Assembly: GCA_964016885.1 (NCBI GenBank)
Contig: CAXHJY010001195.1
Coordinates: forward strand, 15,751-79,750
Length of the DNA: 64,000 nucleotides
Direction of reading: 5' to 3'
Origin: Eledone cirrhosa
Taxonomy: Eukaryota
Shown: positions 1 through 12,700 of the stretch, piece by piece
Position numbering within the stretch: position 1 is the stretch's first letter
Layout: each line of letters begins with the position of its first letter
Translations under genes and position numbers: made by a program
Notes under the pieces: generated by a model
Seen by the model: only the letters and a program-made list of their open reading frames with translations
Database searches by the model: none
What the model was told of the DNA's origin: nothing

Positions 1-916
1 TCTGGGAGGGCCCTGTAGAAACAGTAGACAGCTTCTGCTACCTAGGTGACCGAATTAGCAACGGAGGTGGGTGCTCAGAAAGTACAATAACTAGGGTAAG
101 AACGGGATGGAAGAAGTTTAGGGAACTACTACCACTGCTAGCTGCAAAAGGCTTCTCCTCAGAATGAAAGGCAGACTGTATGATGCGTGTATCCGAACAG
201 CGATGTTGCATGGTAGTGAGACCTGGGCGCTGAAGGTGGAAGACTTACGTAGATTAGAGAGAAACGAAGCCTGCATGCTCCGATGGATGTGTAACAGTAA
301 TATACGTGAACGACAAAGCATAAATGAATTGAGAGAGAGACTGAGCATAAGAGGAATCAAATGCTGCGTGCAGGAGAGGCGGTTACGCTGGTATGGACAT
401 GTGATGCGTATGAAGGATGACAGCTGCATAAAAAGGTGCAGAGCACTAGAAGTTGATGGAAACCGCGGAGTGGGGAGACCCAAGATGACTTGGGATGAGG
501 TGATAAAAGCCGACCTTACCCAACTACACCTCTCAAAGTCAATGACACACGACCGTGACTTCTGGCGTCACGCAGTAATACAGGGTACCCGACCTCCCAT
601 GGGTACATGCTGAAGCATATAAACAATATGCCCCCCCCCCCCACCGCAAGGTGGTCGTGGAGGTGCCACGGCAAAAAAGCACCCAGCCCACACTGTAAAG
701 TGGACGTGTAGGCGCCACGAAAAAGCACCCAGCACTCACTGTAAATGAGGTTGGTGTTAGGAAGGGCATCCAGCTGTAGAAATCAAGCCAGATCAGTTCC
801 TGTATGAGCAAGGCATGGTCAGCCGACCAGACACTGCCCACAACAGGACAACCCGTCTAACCCATGCTAGCGTGGAAGAACGGACGTAAAACGGTGATGA
901 TGATGATGATGATGAT
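1..916 (+). mobile_element. RTE-clade LINE 3' portion (RT thumb/C-terminus, frameshift at ~160, stop at 613) followed by a ~300-bp 3' UTR ending in (GAT)n
   Basis: Frame 3 reads VDSFCYLGDRISNGGGCSES..RVRTGWKKFRELLPLL. After a frameshift ORF 164-613 reads MLHGSETW..LRWYGHVMR..GRPKMTW..DRDFWR, typical of RTE C-termini. The tail ...ggacgtaaaacggtgatgatgat is shared with many copies in this window. Confidence 0.92.
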
Positions 917-1004
917 ATATATATGTATGTATATATATATATATGTTAGGTAATTCCGAAGAAAAAGCAAAGGAAAAAAGAGTGCTCTATGTATAGCACA
1001 GAGC

Positions 1005-1139
1005 TATTTAATTAGAAAGTGAAGTGTCTGATAACATCTCTGTCTGATGAATGATCCTGGCATATATTAATATTGTCTGGGATCCAGAAACCTTTGGTAA
1101 TGGAGTAGTTATATTTTGTGTTGTTCACTTTCTAATTAA

Positions 1140-1142
<3 letters not shown>
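1005..1142 (+). ncRNA. Minimal type I hammerhead ribozyme motif (core 1038-1105) enclosed in a 19-bp inverted repeat
   Basis: Stem I ctctgt(1038-43)/atggag(1100-05); CTGATGA 1044-50; stem II gatcc../..ggatc; GAAAC 1087-91; stem III ACC-ttt-GGT; GUA cleavage triplet 1097-99. Outer IR tatttaattagaaagtgaa 1005-23 / ttcactttctaattaaata 1124-42. Confidence 0.7.
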
Positions 1143-1200
<58 letters not shown>

Positions 1201-1454
1201 AATGTGTGAAATCCTTGGTACAGTTAGGTATATTTAAAAAAAGGGAAAGAATGACTTCCTTTGTAGTTCTAAACAATTTGATTTAATTTTATAACATTCT
1301 GATTTGGTAGATCTAGTAAGTTCTTTGTTAACTTTGGTCGGAATATTTTTAAAGATTCCTGGTTAACTTTCCTGAAGTGAAAACCAACAGGTGTGTGTGT
1401 GTGTTTTTATTGGCAGCATAACCCTCCCAAAGTATAACAATATATATATATGTA

Positions 1455-1640
1455 GCTAACACGGTAAAAAGTTCCCAGTTCCCCACTGTAAATGTGGTTG
1501 GTGTTAGGAAGGGCATCCAGCCGTAGAAAACCCGCCAGATAGTCCTATACGAGCGAGACACGGTCACCCGACCACCCTTGCCTCAAGTGGGACAACTCCC
1601 GTCTAACCCATGCTAGCGTGGAAAATGGACGTTAAACGAA

Positions 1641-1679
<39 letters not shown>
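1455..1679 (+). mobile_element. 5'-truncated RTE-tailed retroposon (SINE or LINE 3' UTR) ending in (GAT)n
   Basis: Contains ggttggtgttaggaagggcatccagccgtagaaa and acccatgctagcgtggaaaatggacgttaaacga(tga)n, homologous to 740-916. Confidence 0.85.
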
Positions 1680-1839
1680 ATATATTATCTACATGATTAA
1701 CATCTTCAAGATTTGACATAAATTAAACGAGCTGTCCTGTTGTGAGAGAAGGTCAATCCGGTGACAGTGTCTTGCTCATATAGACAATGACAGTGGTGGC
1801 CTTGTTTATAATGATGACAATAACAAAGTCAATGATGTG

Positions 1840-2900
1840 GGGGTGGGGGTGATGGTTATAATGATGACAACAACAATGGTGGTGGTGGTGGTGGTGGTGG
1901 TGATAATGATGGCAATAATATTGATGATGATGATGATAAAAATATGATGGTGGTGGAGGTGGTGGTTCTGATGGTGGTTCTGATGGTTCTGGTGGTTGTG
2001 ATGGTGCTGGTAATGGTGCCGGTGATGGTGATGGTGGTGGTGATGGTGATGGTGATGGTGATGGTGGTGGTGGTGGTGATGGTGATGGTGATGATGGTGG
2101 TTCTGATGGTTCTGGTGGTTGTGATGGTGCTGGTAATGGTGCCGGTGATGGTGATGGTGGTGGTGATGGTGATGGTGAAGGTGGTGATGGTGATGGTGAT
2201 GGTGATGGTGGTGGTGGTTGTGATGGTGGTGGTGGTTGTGATGGTGGTTGTGATGGTGATGGTGGTGGTGATGGTGATGGTGGTGGTGATGGTGCTGGTG
2301 GTTGTGATGGTGGTTGTGATGATGGTGGTGGTGATGATGGCTGTGATGGTGCTGGTGGTTGTGATGGTGGTGGTGATGGTGATGGTGGTGGTGATGGTGA
2401 TGGTGGTGGTGATGGTGATGGTGATGGTGCTGGTGATGGTGCTGGTGGTTGTGATAGTGGTAGTGATGGTGATGGTGGTGGTGATGGTGGTTGTGATGGT
2501 GGTGGTGGTGCTGATGGTGGTGGTGATGGTGATGGTGGTTGTGATGGTGGTGATGATGGCTGTGATGGTGCTGGTGGTTGTGATGGTGATGGTGGTGGTG
2601 GTGAAGATGGTGGTTTTGATGGTGCTGGTGGTGATGATGGCAGTGATGGTGGTGGTGGTGGTGGACATGATGACCACGATAAGTGATGATGATGATTGTT
2701 GAAACAAGAACAACAACAAAACTCAACTGTAACAAATAACAAAGAAGTGTTAAAAAAACAACTACCTAAAAAAAATAATAACAATAATAACAACAACAAT
2801 AATAACAACAATAACACCAATAATAACAATAATAATAATGATAATAATAACAACAGCAATAACAACAATAATGATGATAATAATAATGATAAATAAACCA
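1840..2900. repeat. Compound (GGT/GAT)n microsatellite with internal block duplications, then (CAA/TAA)n
   Basis: Read directly from sequence; it produces the spurious poly-V/H/T/P ORFs. Confidence 0.95.
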
Positions 2901-3214
2901 ATCAAATCCAACAAATATATATAACACTGATCAATCAATCAATCAATTGGTTGACTGATGCAGAACAAATTCTTCAGTGTTACCAATATGTGACAGTTGT
3001 GAGAGGGAGAAGACACACATACATGTATAGAGAGAGAGAGAGAGATAGACACACACACATAGAGAGAGATAGATAGACACACATATATATATATACACAC
3101 ACACACACATGTATATATAGAGACACATACAGACATTCACGTAAATATATATATATATATAGACACACACACACATATATATATAGAGAGATAGATAGAC
3201 ACACAAACACACAT

Positions 3215-3293
<79 letters not shown>

Positions 3294-3401
3294 TGTATAT
3301 ATATAGACACATACAGACATTCACATAAATATATATATAGACACACACACACATATGTATATATATATATATATAGCCATATACAGACACTCACATATAT
3401 A

Positions 3402-3634
<233 letters not shown>

Positions 3635-3635
3635 T

Positions 3636-3685
<50 letters not shown>

Positions 3686-3965
3686 TCACACACACACATA
3701 CAGGCACACATATGTGTTTAGTTTATATATAAACAGAATATTCTCTGCCCTTCACTGTCTCCCTCTCTCTAACCCTCCCCCACTGCAACCCTTTACCAAG
3801 GTTTCAAACTCTCAATAATCCCACCAAATCCCTACCACCCCCTCTCTCAATTATCATTATTATTATCATCATTTTATCCTTCTTTTCACTATAATTACCA
3901 AAATCATTATTAACACTATTATTATCATCAATCCCCTCCATCTCATTATTATTATTATTATTATT

Positions 3966-4355
3966 ATGGCAGTATCAGAAGAGGGTCGGACGCCATGCTT
4001 TGACGCAAAGAGTTACGTCCCTTTATGATCTGAGTTCAAATCCCACCGAGGTTAACTTTGCCTTTCATCCTTACGGGGTCGATAACATAAAGTACCAGTA
4101 ATGTACTGGGTAATTTGCTGGCCTTGTGCCAAAAGTAGAAACAATTATTATTATTATTAGGACAGTGGATTGGCAGTATGGTAGAGGATGAGACGCCATG
4201 ATTTGCAGCATAGAGTTATGACCTTTTACGTTCTGCATTCAAATCCCGCTGAGGTTAACTTTGCCCTTCCTCCTTACGGGGTCGATAAAATAAAGTACCA
4301 GTAATACATTGGGTAATTGCTGGCCTTGTGCCAAAAGTAGAAACAATTATTATTA
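3966..4355 (+). mobile_element. Two tandem tRNA-derived SINEs with (ATT)n tails
   Basis: Each has an A box (tggcagtat..g), a B box (g(c)agttcaaatcc), the core ctttgcctttcatccttacggggtcgataaaataaagtaccag and the tail gctggccttgtgccaaaagtagaaacaattatt. Confidence 0.9.
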
Positions 4356-4359
4356 TCAT

Positions 4360-5280
4360 TATATTATTTTTATATATATATATTTTATTTTTATATTTTT
4401 TCATTGTTAAATTGGTTTTGTTGTTGTGTATTTTCCCTTAATTTTATTGTCAAAACCCCACTGTCCCAGACTTTTCTATTGTCCCCTATATGTCAGCCCT
4501 TGTGGCCAATAAATGAAACCATTATTATTAGGACTAAAGACAGACACTTTTCTCTTCGGCCTCATCAACTTCTTCAAGTTTCACCTGGAAAGGAGGGTGA
4601 GGGTGGAGAGAGAAGTGCTTCCCCCCAGTACATTTGCTAAAAGGTGGGTGAATGTGGCGAGAATGGCTCATGTGAATGGGCCTACTCTGACCATGCGCCT
4701 ATAGGCTGGCTAACTTGAGGAGAGGGGTGCTCTCCTGGGTGCCCTAGAAGCGCAGGGTGGTTCAGGATTGGTGGGGTACCCGAATCACCCCAGGGTCGTC
4801 CACCCCCTATCGGGGAATTTATTTTGTTATATTTTGCATAGTTTATTTTATATTTTTATATTTTCATTGTTAAATTAGTCTTGCCATTGTGCACTTTTAC
4901 TCGACCTTATTGTAAACCCCCCACTGTCCCTGTCTTTGTATTGTCCCCTACATGTCGGCCCTTGTGGCTAATAAATGAAATCATTATTATTATTATTTTT
5001 ATTATTATTCTGGGAGAGGGCACTTGCCCTGGTGGTCAGGGTCACTGTGGCCTTTTAATGGGCTTTCTCCACAAATGTCCCTCCGAAGTCTCCCCCCCTA
5101 TTGGGGAATTTTTCATTGTTATTTTTTTTGTTACATCCTCTGTTTTTGTTTTTTAAACGCAGAAATGCCCATTTGAACCGTCCTGTATTGTCCTGTACTG
5201 TCCTTAATGTCTACTTTATGTAAACCCTTGTGGTTAATAAAGAAAGCATTATTATTATTATTATCCTTATTAATATTATT
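4360..5280 (+). mobile_element. Three tandem 3' ends of an L1/Tx1-like LINE; the middle copy keeps the ORF2 C-terminus (4530-4704)
   Basis: GLKTDTFL..FHLERRVRVEREVL..RWVNVARMAHVNGPTL matches the peptide at 31333-31755. The 3' UTR motif ccccctatcggggaattt..cccttgtggccaataaatgaaaccattatt recurs three times. Confidence 0.8.
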
Positions 5281-5608
5281 GTTGTATTTATCCTTCCTTG
5301 TCACCTGTACTGCCCGTCTCCGACACGAATTAACCCCCATAAAACATCCACAATTCACCGACAGTCACATGTCACGGATGATCGGTCAGTATTTTACTGC
5401 CAAAGCAGAAGAAAAAAGGCATGTTTCTCTTACAGGAGCCACTGCACAGCAAGACATGGGTGGGGGTGGGGTGGGGTGGGGTTGAAGGAGGGCAAGACAA
5501 GACTAACCTGAGAGGGGGGGGGGGGCAGATGAGGGTAGGGAGGATACAAGAGATTGGTTGAAAAACAAGGAGATATTTCACTGCACAGCAATGAAAAAAG
5601 TTGCTATA

Positions 5609-5665
<57 letters not shown>

Positions 5666-5831
5666 ATATATACATATATATATGTGTGTATATATACATA
5701 TATATATATATATGTGTGTATATATACATATATATATATATATATGTGTATATATATATGTGTGTGTGTGTATATATATGTATTTATATAAATATGTGTG
5801 TGTATATATATATATATATATATTTATATAA

Positions 5832-5876
<45 letters not shown>

Positions 5877-5877
5877 A

Positions 5878-5925
<48 letters not shown>

Positions 5926-6019
5926 AAAAAAAGCCAGCTACAATGCATATTATAGATCAACATTGAAGGGTTTACACTGAAGAGTTTTAGCTATGCTGAA
6001 GAGCAGAGAACAGAGACAA

Positions 6020-6215
6020 GGGGATTGGCAGTATCGGTAGAGGGTCGGACACCATGCTTTGTAGCACAGAGTTACGGCCCTTGCCATTCTGAGTTCAAAT
6101 CCCGCCAAGGTTAACTTTGCCTTTCATCCTTTATCCGGGGTCGATAAAATAAAGTACCAGTAATGTACTGAGTAATTGCTGGCCTTGAGTCAAAAGTAGA
6201 AACAATTATTATTAA
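6020..6215 (+). mobile_element. tRNA-derived SINE (same family as 3966)
   Basis: A box tggcagtatcgg, B box gagttcaaatcc, conserved core and (ATT)n tail. Confidence 0.9.
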
Positions 6216-6573
6216 TATTTTTATTATTATTACTGTTGTTATTATTGTAACTATAATTGTTGTTGTTGTTGTTGTTGTTGTTGTTATATAGGGTAGTCAC
6301 AGATGAAATAACATTGAAAATGTTGAGAAGGGAGAGGAGGAGGAGGATCTTGTGGGGAAGAGAAATATATTAATCACAATTACCTCCCCCCTACCATTCT
6401 CTCCCACCACCCCTCGAAAATAACAACAACAACCATAAAAACAACAGAAGCACAACCACAACTGCAACAACAGAAACAACCATGACAACTGCAACAACAA
6501 TCACAACAACACCAGCCACAACAACCACTACAACAACAACCGCTACAATAACAACAGCAACAATTGTCTAGGG

Positions 6574-6727
6574 TAGGCATGTCAAACTGAGGGGGGGGGG
6601 TCACATGTGCTGTCTCAGGGCCACACCCGACAACAAATTGCGCACATTACAACTAATTTTATTTTATTTTATATTACATGATTGTGCTGTAAAACCCTTT
6701 GTGTGGGCCACATGTTTGACATGCGTG
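6574..6727. mobile_element. hAT (Charlie-like) MITE with 8-bp TSD
   Basis: TIRs taggcatgtcaaac (6574-87) and gtttgacatgcgtg (6714-27). Flanks gtctaggg (6566-73) and ctctaggg (6728-35) are 7/8 identical and resemble the NTCTAGAN target preference. Confidence 0.8.
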
Positions 6728-7132
6728 CTCTAGGGTACCATGTACTCTTCTTCTGTACATCGTGTTTTTCCTTTGCACTCTACGCTATCATGTACTTTCT
6801 TTTCTACTCTAAGGTATTATGTACTTTTCTTTTATAAGAAATTTGTCACTTTCTGAACTATTCTAGTTGTTCCCAGGAGCCATGTTTTCTACAACAGATC
6901 TGTTGGACAATCAGCCCCACTATCCCAATATTATTCACCCAGGTATCCATCCTATCTCCCACTGTACCAAGAGAACTAATAACAATTAGTAAAAATTGTG
7001 GAACTTTCTTTCAACTTCCACAGCTGAGGAATGTTGTACTTTAGTGCATTGAAAGTTGGTCAAATTAGAACATTGGACATCAAATGCTTCGTAGCTTTTG
7101 ATTGTTACATTCCACCAGTAACATCCTCACAT

Positions 7133-7615
7133 ATGGCGGTAGAGCATCAGATACCATACTTTGCAGCATAGAGTTATGGCCCTTTGCATTCTGAGTACAA
7201 ATCCTGCCATGGTTAGCTTAGCCTATCATCCTAACTGGGTTATTAAAATAAAGTACCTAAAGGCCTTGTGCCTATAGTAGAAACAATTATTATTATTATT
7301 ATTCCTTCTTCAGGCAAAGTTAACCTTAAATCCCATCAATGTTAGCCTAGCTTTTCATCTTTCCGGGGTCGATAAAATAAAGTACCTTCTTCTAAGGCGG
7401 TAGATTGGCAGAATCAGTAAAGCACTAGACAAAATGCTTTATGGTATTTAGTTACAGCTTCCTATGTTCTGAGTTCAAATCCCACCGAGCTTAGCTTTGG
7501 TTTTCATCTTTTGGGGGTCAATAAAATAAAGTACTTTGATTTCATTGACTCTCTCATCTCCCAAAATTACTGGCATTGAGCCTAATTTAGAAATAATAAT
7601 TATTTTTAATATTAT
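7133..7615 (+). mobile_element. Cluster of degenerate tRNA-derived SINE copies and fragments
   Basis: Repeated ttctgagttcaaatcc B box and gataaaataaagtac core at ~7190, ~7370 and ~7470-7535. Confidence 0.75.
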
Positions 7616-7754
7616 TATCATTAGTAGTAGTAGTGGTGGTGGTGGTGGTGGTAGCAGTAGTAGCAACAAACTGAAGAGGACAGTGAAGAATCAAAATTGG
7701 CATAGTACCAGACTTGAAATATCTCACAAAATATAGAATTTCTGTCTATCTCTT

Positions 7755-7868
<114 letters not shown>

Positions 7869-7885
7869 TGTGTGTATGTATATAA

Positions 7886-7916
<31 letters not shown>

Positions 7917-8374
7917 CTGATTTCATTCCTTTACATTGTAAATTTAAATCCCACCAAGATCAACTTTCACTTTCATTAGTCGAGGATCAATAAAAAGTAA
8001 GTATGGAAGCATGTACTTGCTGTTTATTTAATTGAGCTTGGACTTCTATACAACAACAACAACCGCAGCAACAATAAATCTGCAGACATTATACTTATGT
8101 AAGAAACTAATTACTAGTAATTGCTATTGAGGCAGTGCCATTAGTGCTGTGTAAAGTGACAGATTAGGTCTGTGGTTCCCAGACACCCAGATTGAGGTCC
8201 TTAATTCTGTTCTCCTTTTCAACCACTGTCTAGTAATAATAGATTTTTCACAATATTAACATGAGCAAGCAAGTTAAACTTGCTCATAGGTGTGAGCTGT
8301 AAATTATTATTATTATTTTATATATATAAATTTATATACACTCACAAATATATGCATGTATATATATATATATA

Positions 8375-8517
8375 TTAGGAAGGGCATCCAGCTGTAGAAA
8401 ACCCACCAGACAGTCCTATGCGAGCAAGACAATCACTCTTGCCTCAAGTGGGAAAACCCCCGTCCAAACCCATGCAAGCGTGGAACACGGACGTTAAACG
8501 TTGATGATGATGATGAT
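8375..8517 (+). mobile_element. RTE-tailed retroposon 3' fragment
   Basis: ttaggaagggcatccagctgtagaaa...ggacgttaaacgttgatgatgat. Confidence 0.85.
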
Positions 8518-8547
8518 ATATATATATATATATGCAGCTCTAGAGCA

Positions 8548-9283
8548 ATGTGCATATGCCTGTGCAGTATGTGTGTATATGCATATGCCTGTGTAGTATC
8601 TGTGTATATGCATATGCCTGTGCAGTATGTGTGTATATGCATATGCCTGTGCAGTATGTGTGTATATTTGTATGGGTTTGCATCATCATCATTATCATCG
8701 TTTAACGATGATGATGATGGTACGTATATATGTGAGAAATCTAACTATCACCTTGTGTGAGTTTACATGTGTATGTGTATGTGTATGTGTGTGTATATAT
8801 ATATGTGTATATATATATATGTGTGAGAAATGGAACTATCGCTTTGTATGAGTTTGCATGTTCTTGTGTATATGTATATGTGTGTGTATGTATGTGTATA
8901 TATATGTGTGTATATATATATGTGTGTGTATATATATATGTGTGTATATATATGTGTGTATATATGTGTGTATATATATGTGCGTGTGTGTGTATATGTG
9001 TGTATATGTGTGTATATATATATATGTGTGTATATATATATGTGTGTGTATATATATATGTGTGTATATGTGTGTGCGTGTATATATACATATATGTGTG
9101 AGAAATGTAACTATCACCTAGTATGAGTTTACATGTCCTTGTGTATATGTATATGCATGTGTATGTATATATGTGTATATATATATATATATATGTGTGT
9201 GTGTATATATGTATATATATATATGTGTGTGTGTATACATATGTATATATGTGTATATATATGTATAAATGTAACTATCACCT
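8548..9283. repeat. Minisatellites: 29-bp gcatatgcctgtgcagtatgtgtgtatat x4, and spaced tgtgagaaat..aactatcac units x4 within (TA/TG)n
   Basis: Read directly from sequence. Confidence 0.85.
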
Positions 9284-9409
9284 CACTGTTGTTGAAACAT
9301 CCCATCGTTTGATCATTGTCAGAGTCTCAGACTGACTCAACATGTCTACAGATAATTGTAGATATAATTAAGTTGGACAAACATAAAACAACACACATCT
9401 GATATTGCT

Positions 9410-9965
9410 GATGTTGTTGTTGTGGTGGTGGTGGTGGTGGTCTCAGTAGGGGTTTGTGTGGCAGTGTTGATGGTGGTAGTGGTGGTAGTTGAGTTAGTGG
9501 TGATCATGGTGGTGGTGGTAGTTGAGTTAGTGGTGATCATGGTGGTGGTGGTGGTGGTCTGGATAGAAGATTGTGTGACGGTGGTGGTGGTAGTTGTGTT
9601 AGTGGTGATCATGGTGGTGGTGGTGGTGGTAGTTGAGTTAGTGGTGATCGTGGTGGTGGTGGTAGTTGAGTTAGTGGTGGTGGTGGTGGTGGTGGTCTGG
9701 ATAGAAGATTGTGTGACGGTGGTGGTGGTGGTAGTTGAGTTAGTGGTGATCATGGTCTGGTTAGGGGTTTGTGTGGCGGTGGTGATGGTGGTAGTTGTGT
9801 TAGTGGTGATCATGGTGGTGGTGATGGTTATTGCTTTAGTGATCATCATGGTGGTGGTAGTTGTGTTAGTGGTGATGGTGGTGGTGGTGGTGGTGTGTTA
9901 GTGGTAGTTGTGTTGAACATGGTGGTGATGGTGGCGTATGTAGTTAGGGTGGTGGTGTTGGTGGC
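9410..9965. repeat. (GGT)n-based compound repeat with block duplications
   Basis: Read directly from sequence; ggtctggatagaagattgtgtgacgg is duplicated. Confidence 0.9.
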
Positions 9966-10649
9966 GAAAGACAGACAGCTTCTACAAGAAAGAAAATGAG
10001 AAAGAGAAAGAAATAGAGAAAGAAAAGAGAGAAGATATGATAGAGTGAGAGAGAGAAACAGTGTGTGAATGTGAGAGAGAGAGATAACAGAAAGAGTATG
10101 AGTGAGATATATATATATATATATATAACAGACAGTGTGTGTGTGAGAGAAAGAGAGAGAGAAAGACATAGATGGTGAAGCAAAAGGCAAAACAAAACAA
10201 AAAAAAACAAAGAAAAACAACAACAAACAATAGGACCAGCAACAACAACAACAATATGAAAGAAAAAAAGAAAGAAGACAATTAAAAGATGGTCTCCCAA
10301 TTTCTTGGTGAATGAACACATCTTTCTTCGTTTCAACTGAGCAACTAAAACAACTAAATGTCAGAGAGCTAAGAATGTCTATCCATTTTTATTCTAATTA
10401 ATGGCGCAAATTTACTGCCATTATCAATCCTTAGAGAATCACTGCTTCTTCGCCTTCTGTGGCTCATTGCTTTTCCTTCAGTCGATTGGCATGGAGCAAA
10501 AGAACAACAGAGGAACCACTTTGGGGAATAATTAAGCCGAAAGCATACAACTTGAGGCTTATTAACGCTAATCAAATCATACGAAAATAATAGACAGTAT
10601 GTACATATATATATATGTGTGTGTGTGTATGTGTGTAGGTGTAGGTGTG

Positions 10650-10727
<78 letters not shown>

Positions 10728-10766
10728 TATATACACATATATATATATACACACATATATATACAC

Positions 10767-10818
<52 letters not shown>

Positions 10819-11240
10819 GATTGTATGTACATATATATGTATATGTAAATACATATATATGTATATATATATATATATTTGTATATATATATATGTATAT
10901 ATATATATATGTGTGTGTATATATTTGTTTGGTATGCTTTTGTTTGCTTTTCTTGATGTTTACATTGCGCTTTCTTTGCTTGTTTCTTGTTTGGTTTCCT
11001 TGTTCTGGGCAAAGATTGAAAGGCTTCGACTTCTTCTTCTCCCTCCATGCCAAGACAAACATTATATACACTACCAACCCCACCCCACAGGAACTAATTC
11101 TTTAATGAAAACGACAAAATTAACAGTGCTGTCCTTGTTATTGCTATTTATATATATGTGTATACGTATATATGTGTATATATGTATATGTATATATACA
11201 TACGTATATATGTGTATATATACAAACACATACATATTTA

Positions 11241-11301
<61 letters not shown>

Positions 11302-11664
11302 ACATATTTATAAATATATATATACATATATATACATTTATATATATATATATATACATTCATATATAAATATAATATATCAGTATATACATATATGTAT
11401 ACATACGTATTAAATATAATATATATATATATATGTACATGTACACATGCATATATATATATATAGTGTGTATACATACATATATTAATGTGTTTTTGTA
11501 ATTTTTTTTATTAATTGTTCTTTTCTATAGCACAGATTCCACCAAAAATATTCATTTATTAGAGAATATGTGTGTATATGTATTTATGTATGTATATATA
11601 TATCCACACACACACATATCTACGTTTATATAATTATGTACGTATGGAAGTGTGCATAAATATA

Positions 11665-11707
<43 letters not shown>

Positions 11708-12309
11708 CATAGTTTTTTTCAAGAATTTCTTTCAAGACTAACCAAAGCATGCAGCAACAGCAAAAAGTGCCTCCAGAAATACAAGAACACAAGAACAGCT
11801 TAACTGATGTTGATGATATGAATAATCAAAGAAAAAAAATCAGACAACTATACATATATATGCATGTATATATATATATATATACCCTCACATTTATTGA
11901 TGTGTATATACATTATATATATATATATATATTTAAAGTAACTATAACAATACCATCCTAGAAATTCTTTGAAAGTGAAAGTGAAACTAACAAAACAGTA
12001 CCAAGGGAGTGGTTTCATACTAAAATGTTATTTTTAATATTTTGTTATTACATATTTTTTTTATTATATGAAATTTTGTCTGCGTCTATCTGTTTCAAAA
12101 TTTGGCTAATTTTGTTAATTTTATATATATAGGAAGTGTTTATTTAATTTATTTAATTTATTTTTTTTTTTTTTTTTTTTTTTGGGGTTAGGAGACTTTT
12201 CATTCATGCACATGTATGTGTGTGTGTCTGTATATATATATATATAGTTATATCATCATCATCATAATATATATATATATATACACAGACACACATACAT
12301 GTGCATGTA

Positions 12310-12700
12310 TCATCATCATCATCATCATCAACGTTTAACGTCCGTGTTCCACGCTTGCATGGGTTTGGACGGGGGTAGTCCCACTTGAGGCAAGAGTGAT
12401 TGTCTTGCTCGCATAGGACTGTCTGGCAGGTTTTCTACAGTTGGATGCCCTTCCTAACACCAACCACATTTACAGTGTGGGTCTGGGAGGTTTTTACCGT
12501 GTTGCCTACACGGCCACATTACAGCGTGGACTGTGTGTTTTTTTGTCGTGACACCTACACGATCTCATTTGTTTCGGCCTGGATGGCGCGGCACCAACAT
12601 AACTTTACGTAGAACGGGGTGGTGTGGATGGGGTGGGGGTGGTGGCGGGACGGGGTGTAGTTTGTTAGAGATGCCTACTGGCAAGGCGGGTCTTCTCATC
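12310..12700 (-). mobile_element. RTE-tailed retroposon (long form)
   Basis: Reverse-complement homolog of 13735-14080 and 53079-53446; (CAT)n at the left end. Confidence 0.85.

Noticed and set aside
1196-1392. Possible PLE GIY-YIG remnant next to the hammerhead cassette
   Set aside because: I could not read a convincing motif in any frame.
1753-2901. Long Pro/Ser-, His-, Thr- and Val-rich ORFs
   Set aside because: All frames are translations of (GGT/GAT)n triplet repeats; there is no unique coding sequence.
5975-6020. CTGAAGA plus a small hairpin, possible fourth hammerhead
   Set aside because: It lacks an intact GAAA and stem III/I and is cut by a SINE; at best a decayed relic.
8170-8230. 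Possible tiny hAT MITE (ctgtggttccc..aaccactg)
   Set aside because: The TIRs are too degenerate and there is no convincing TSD.
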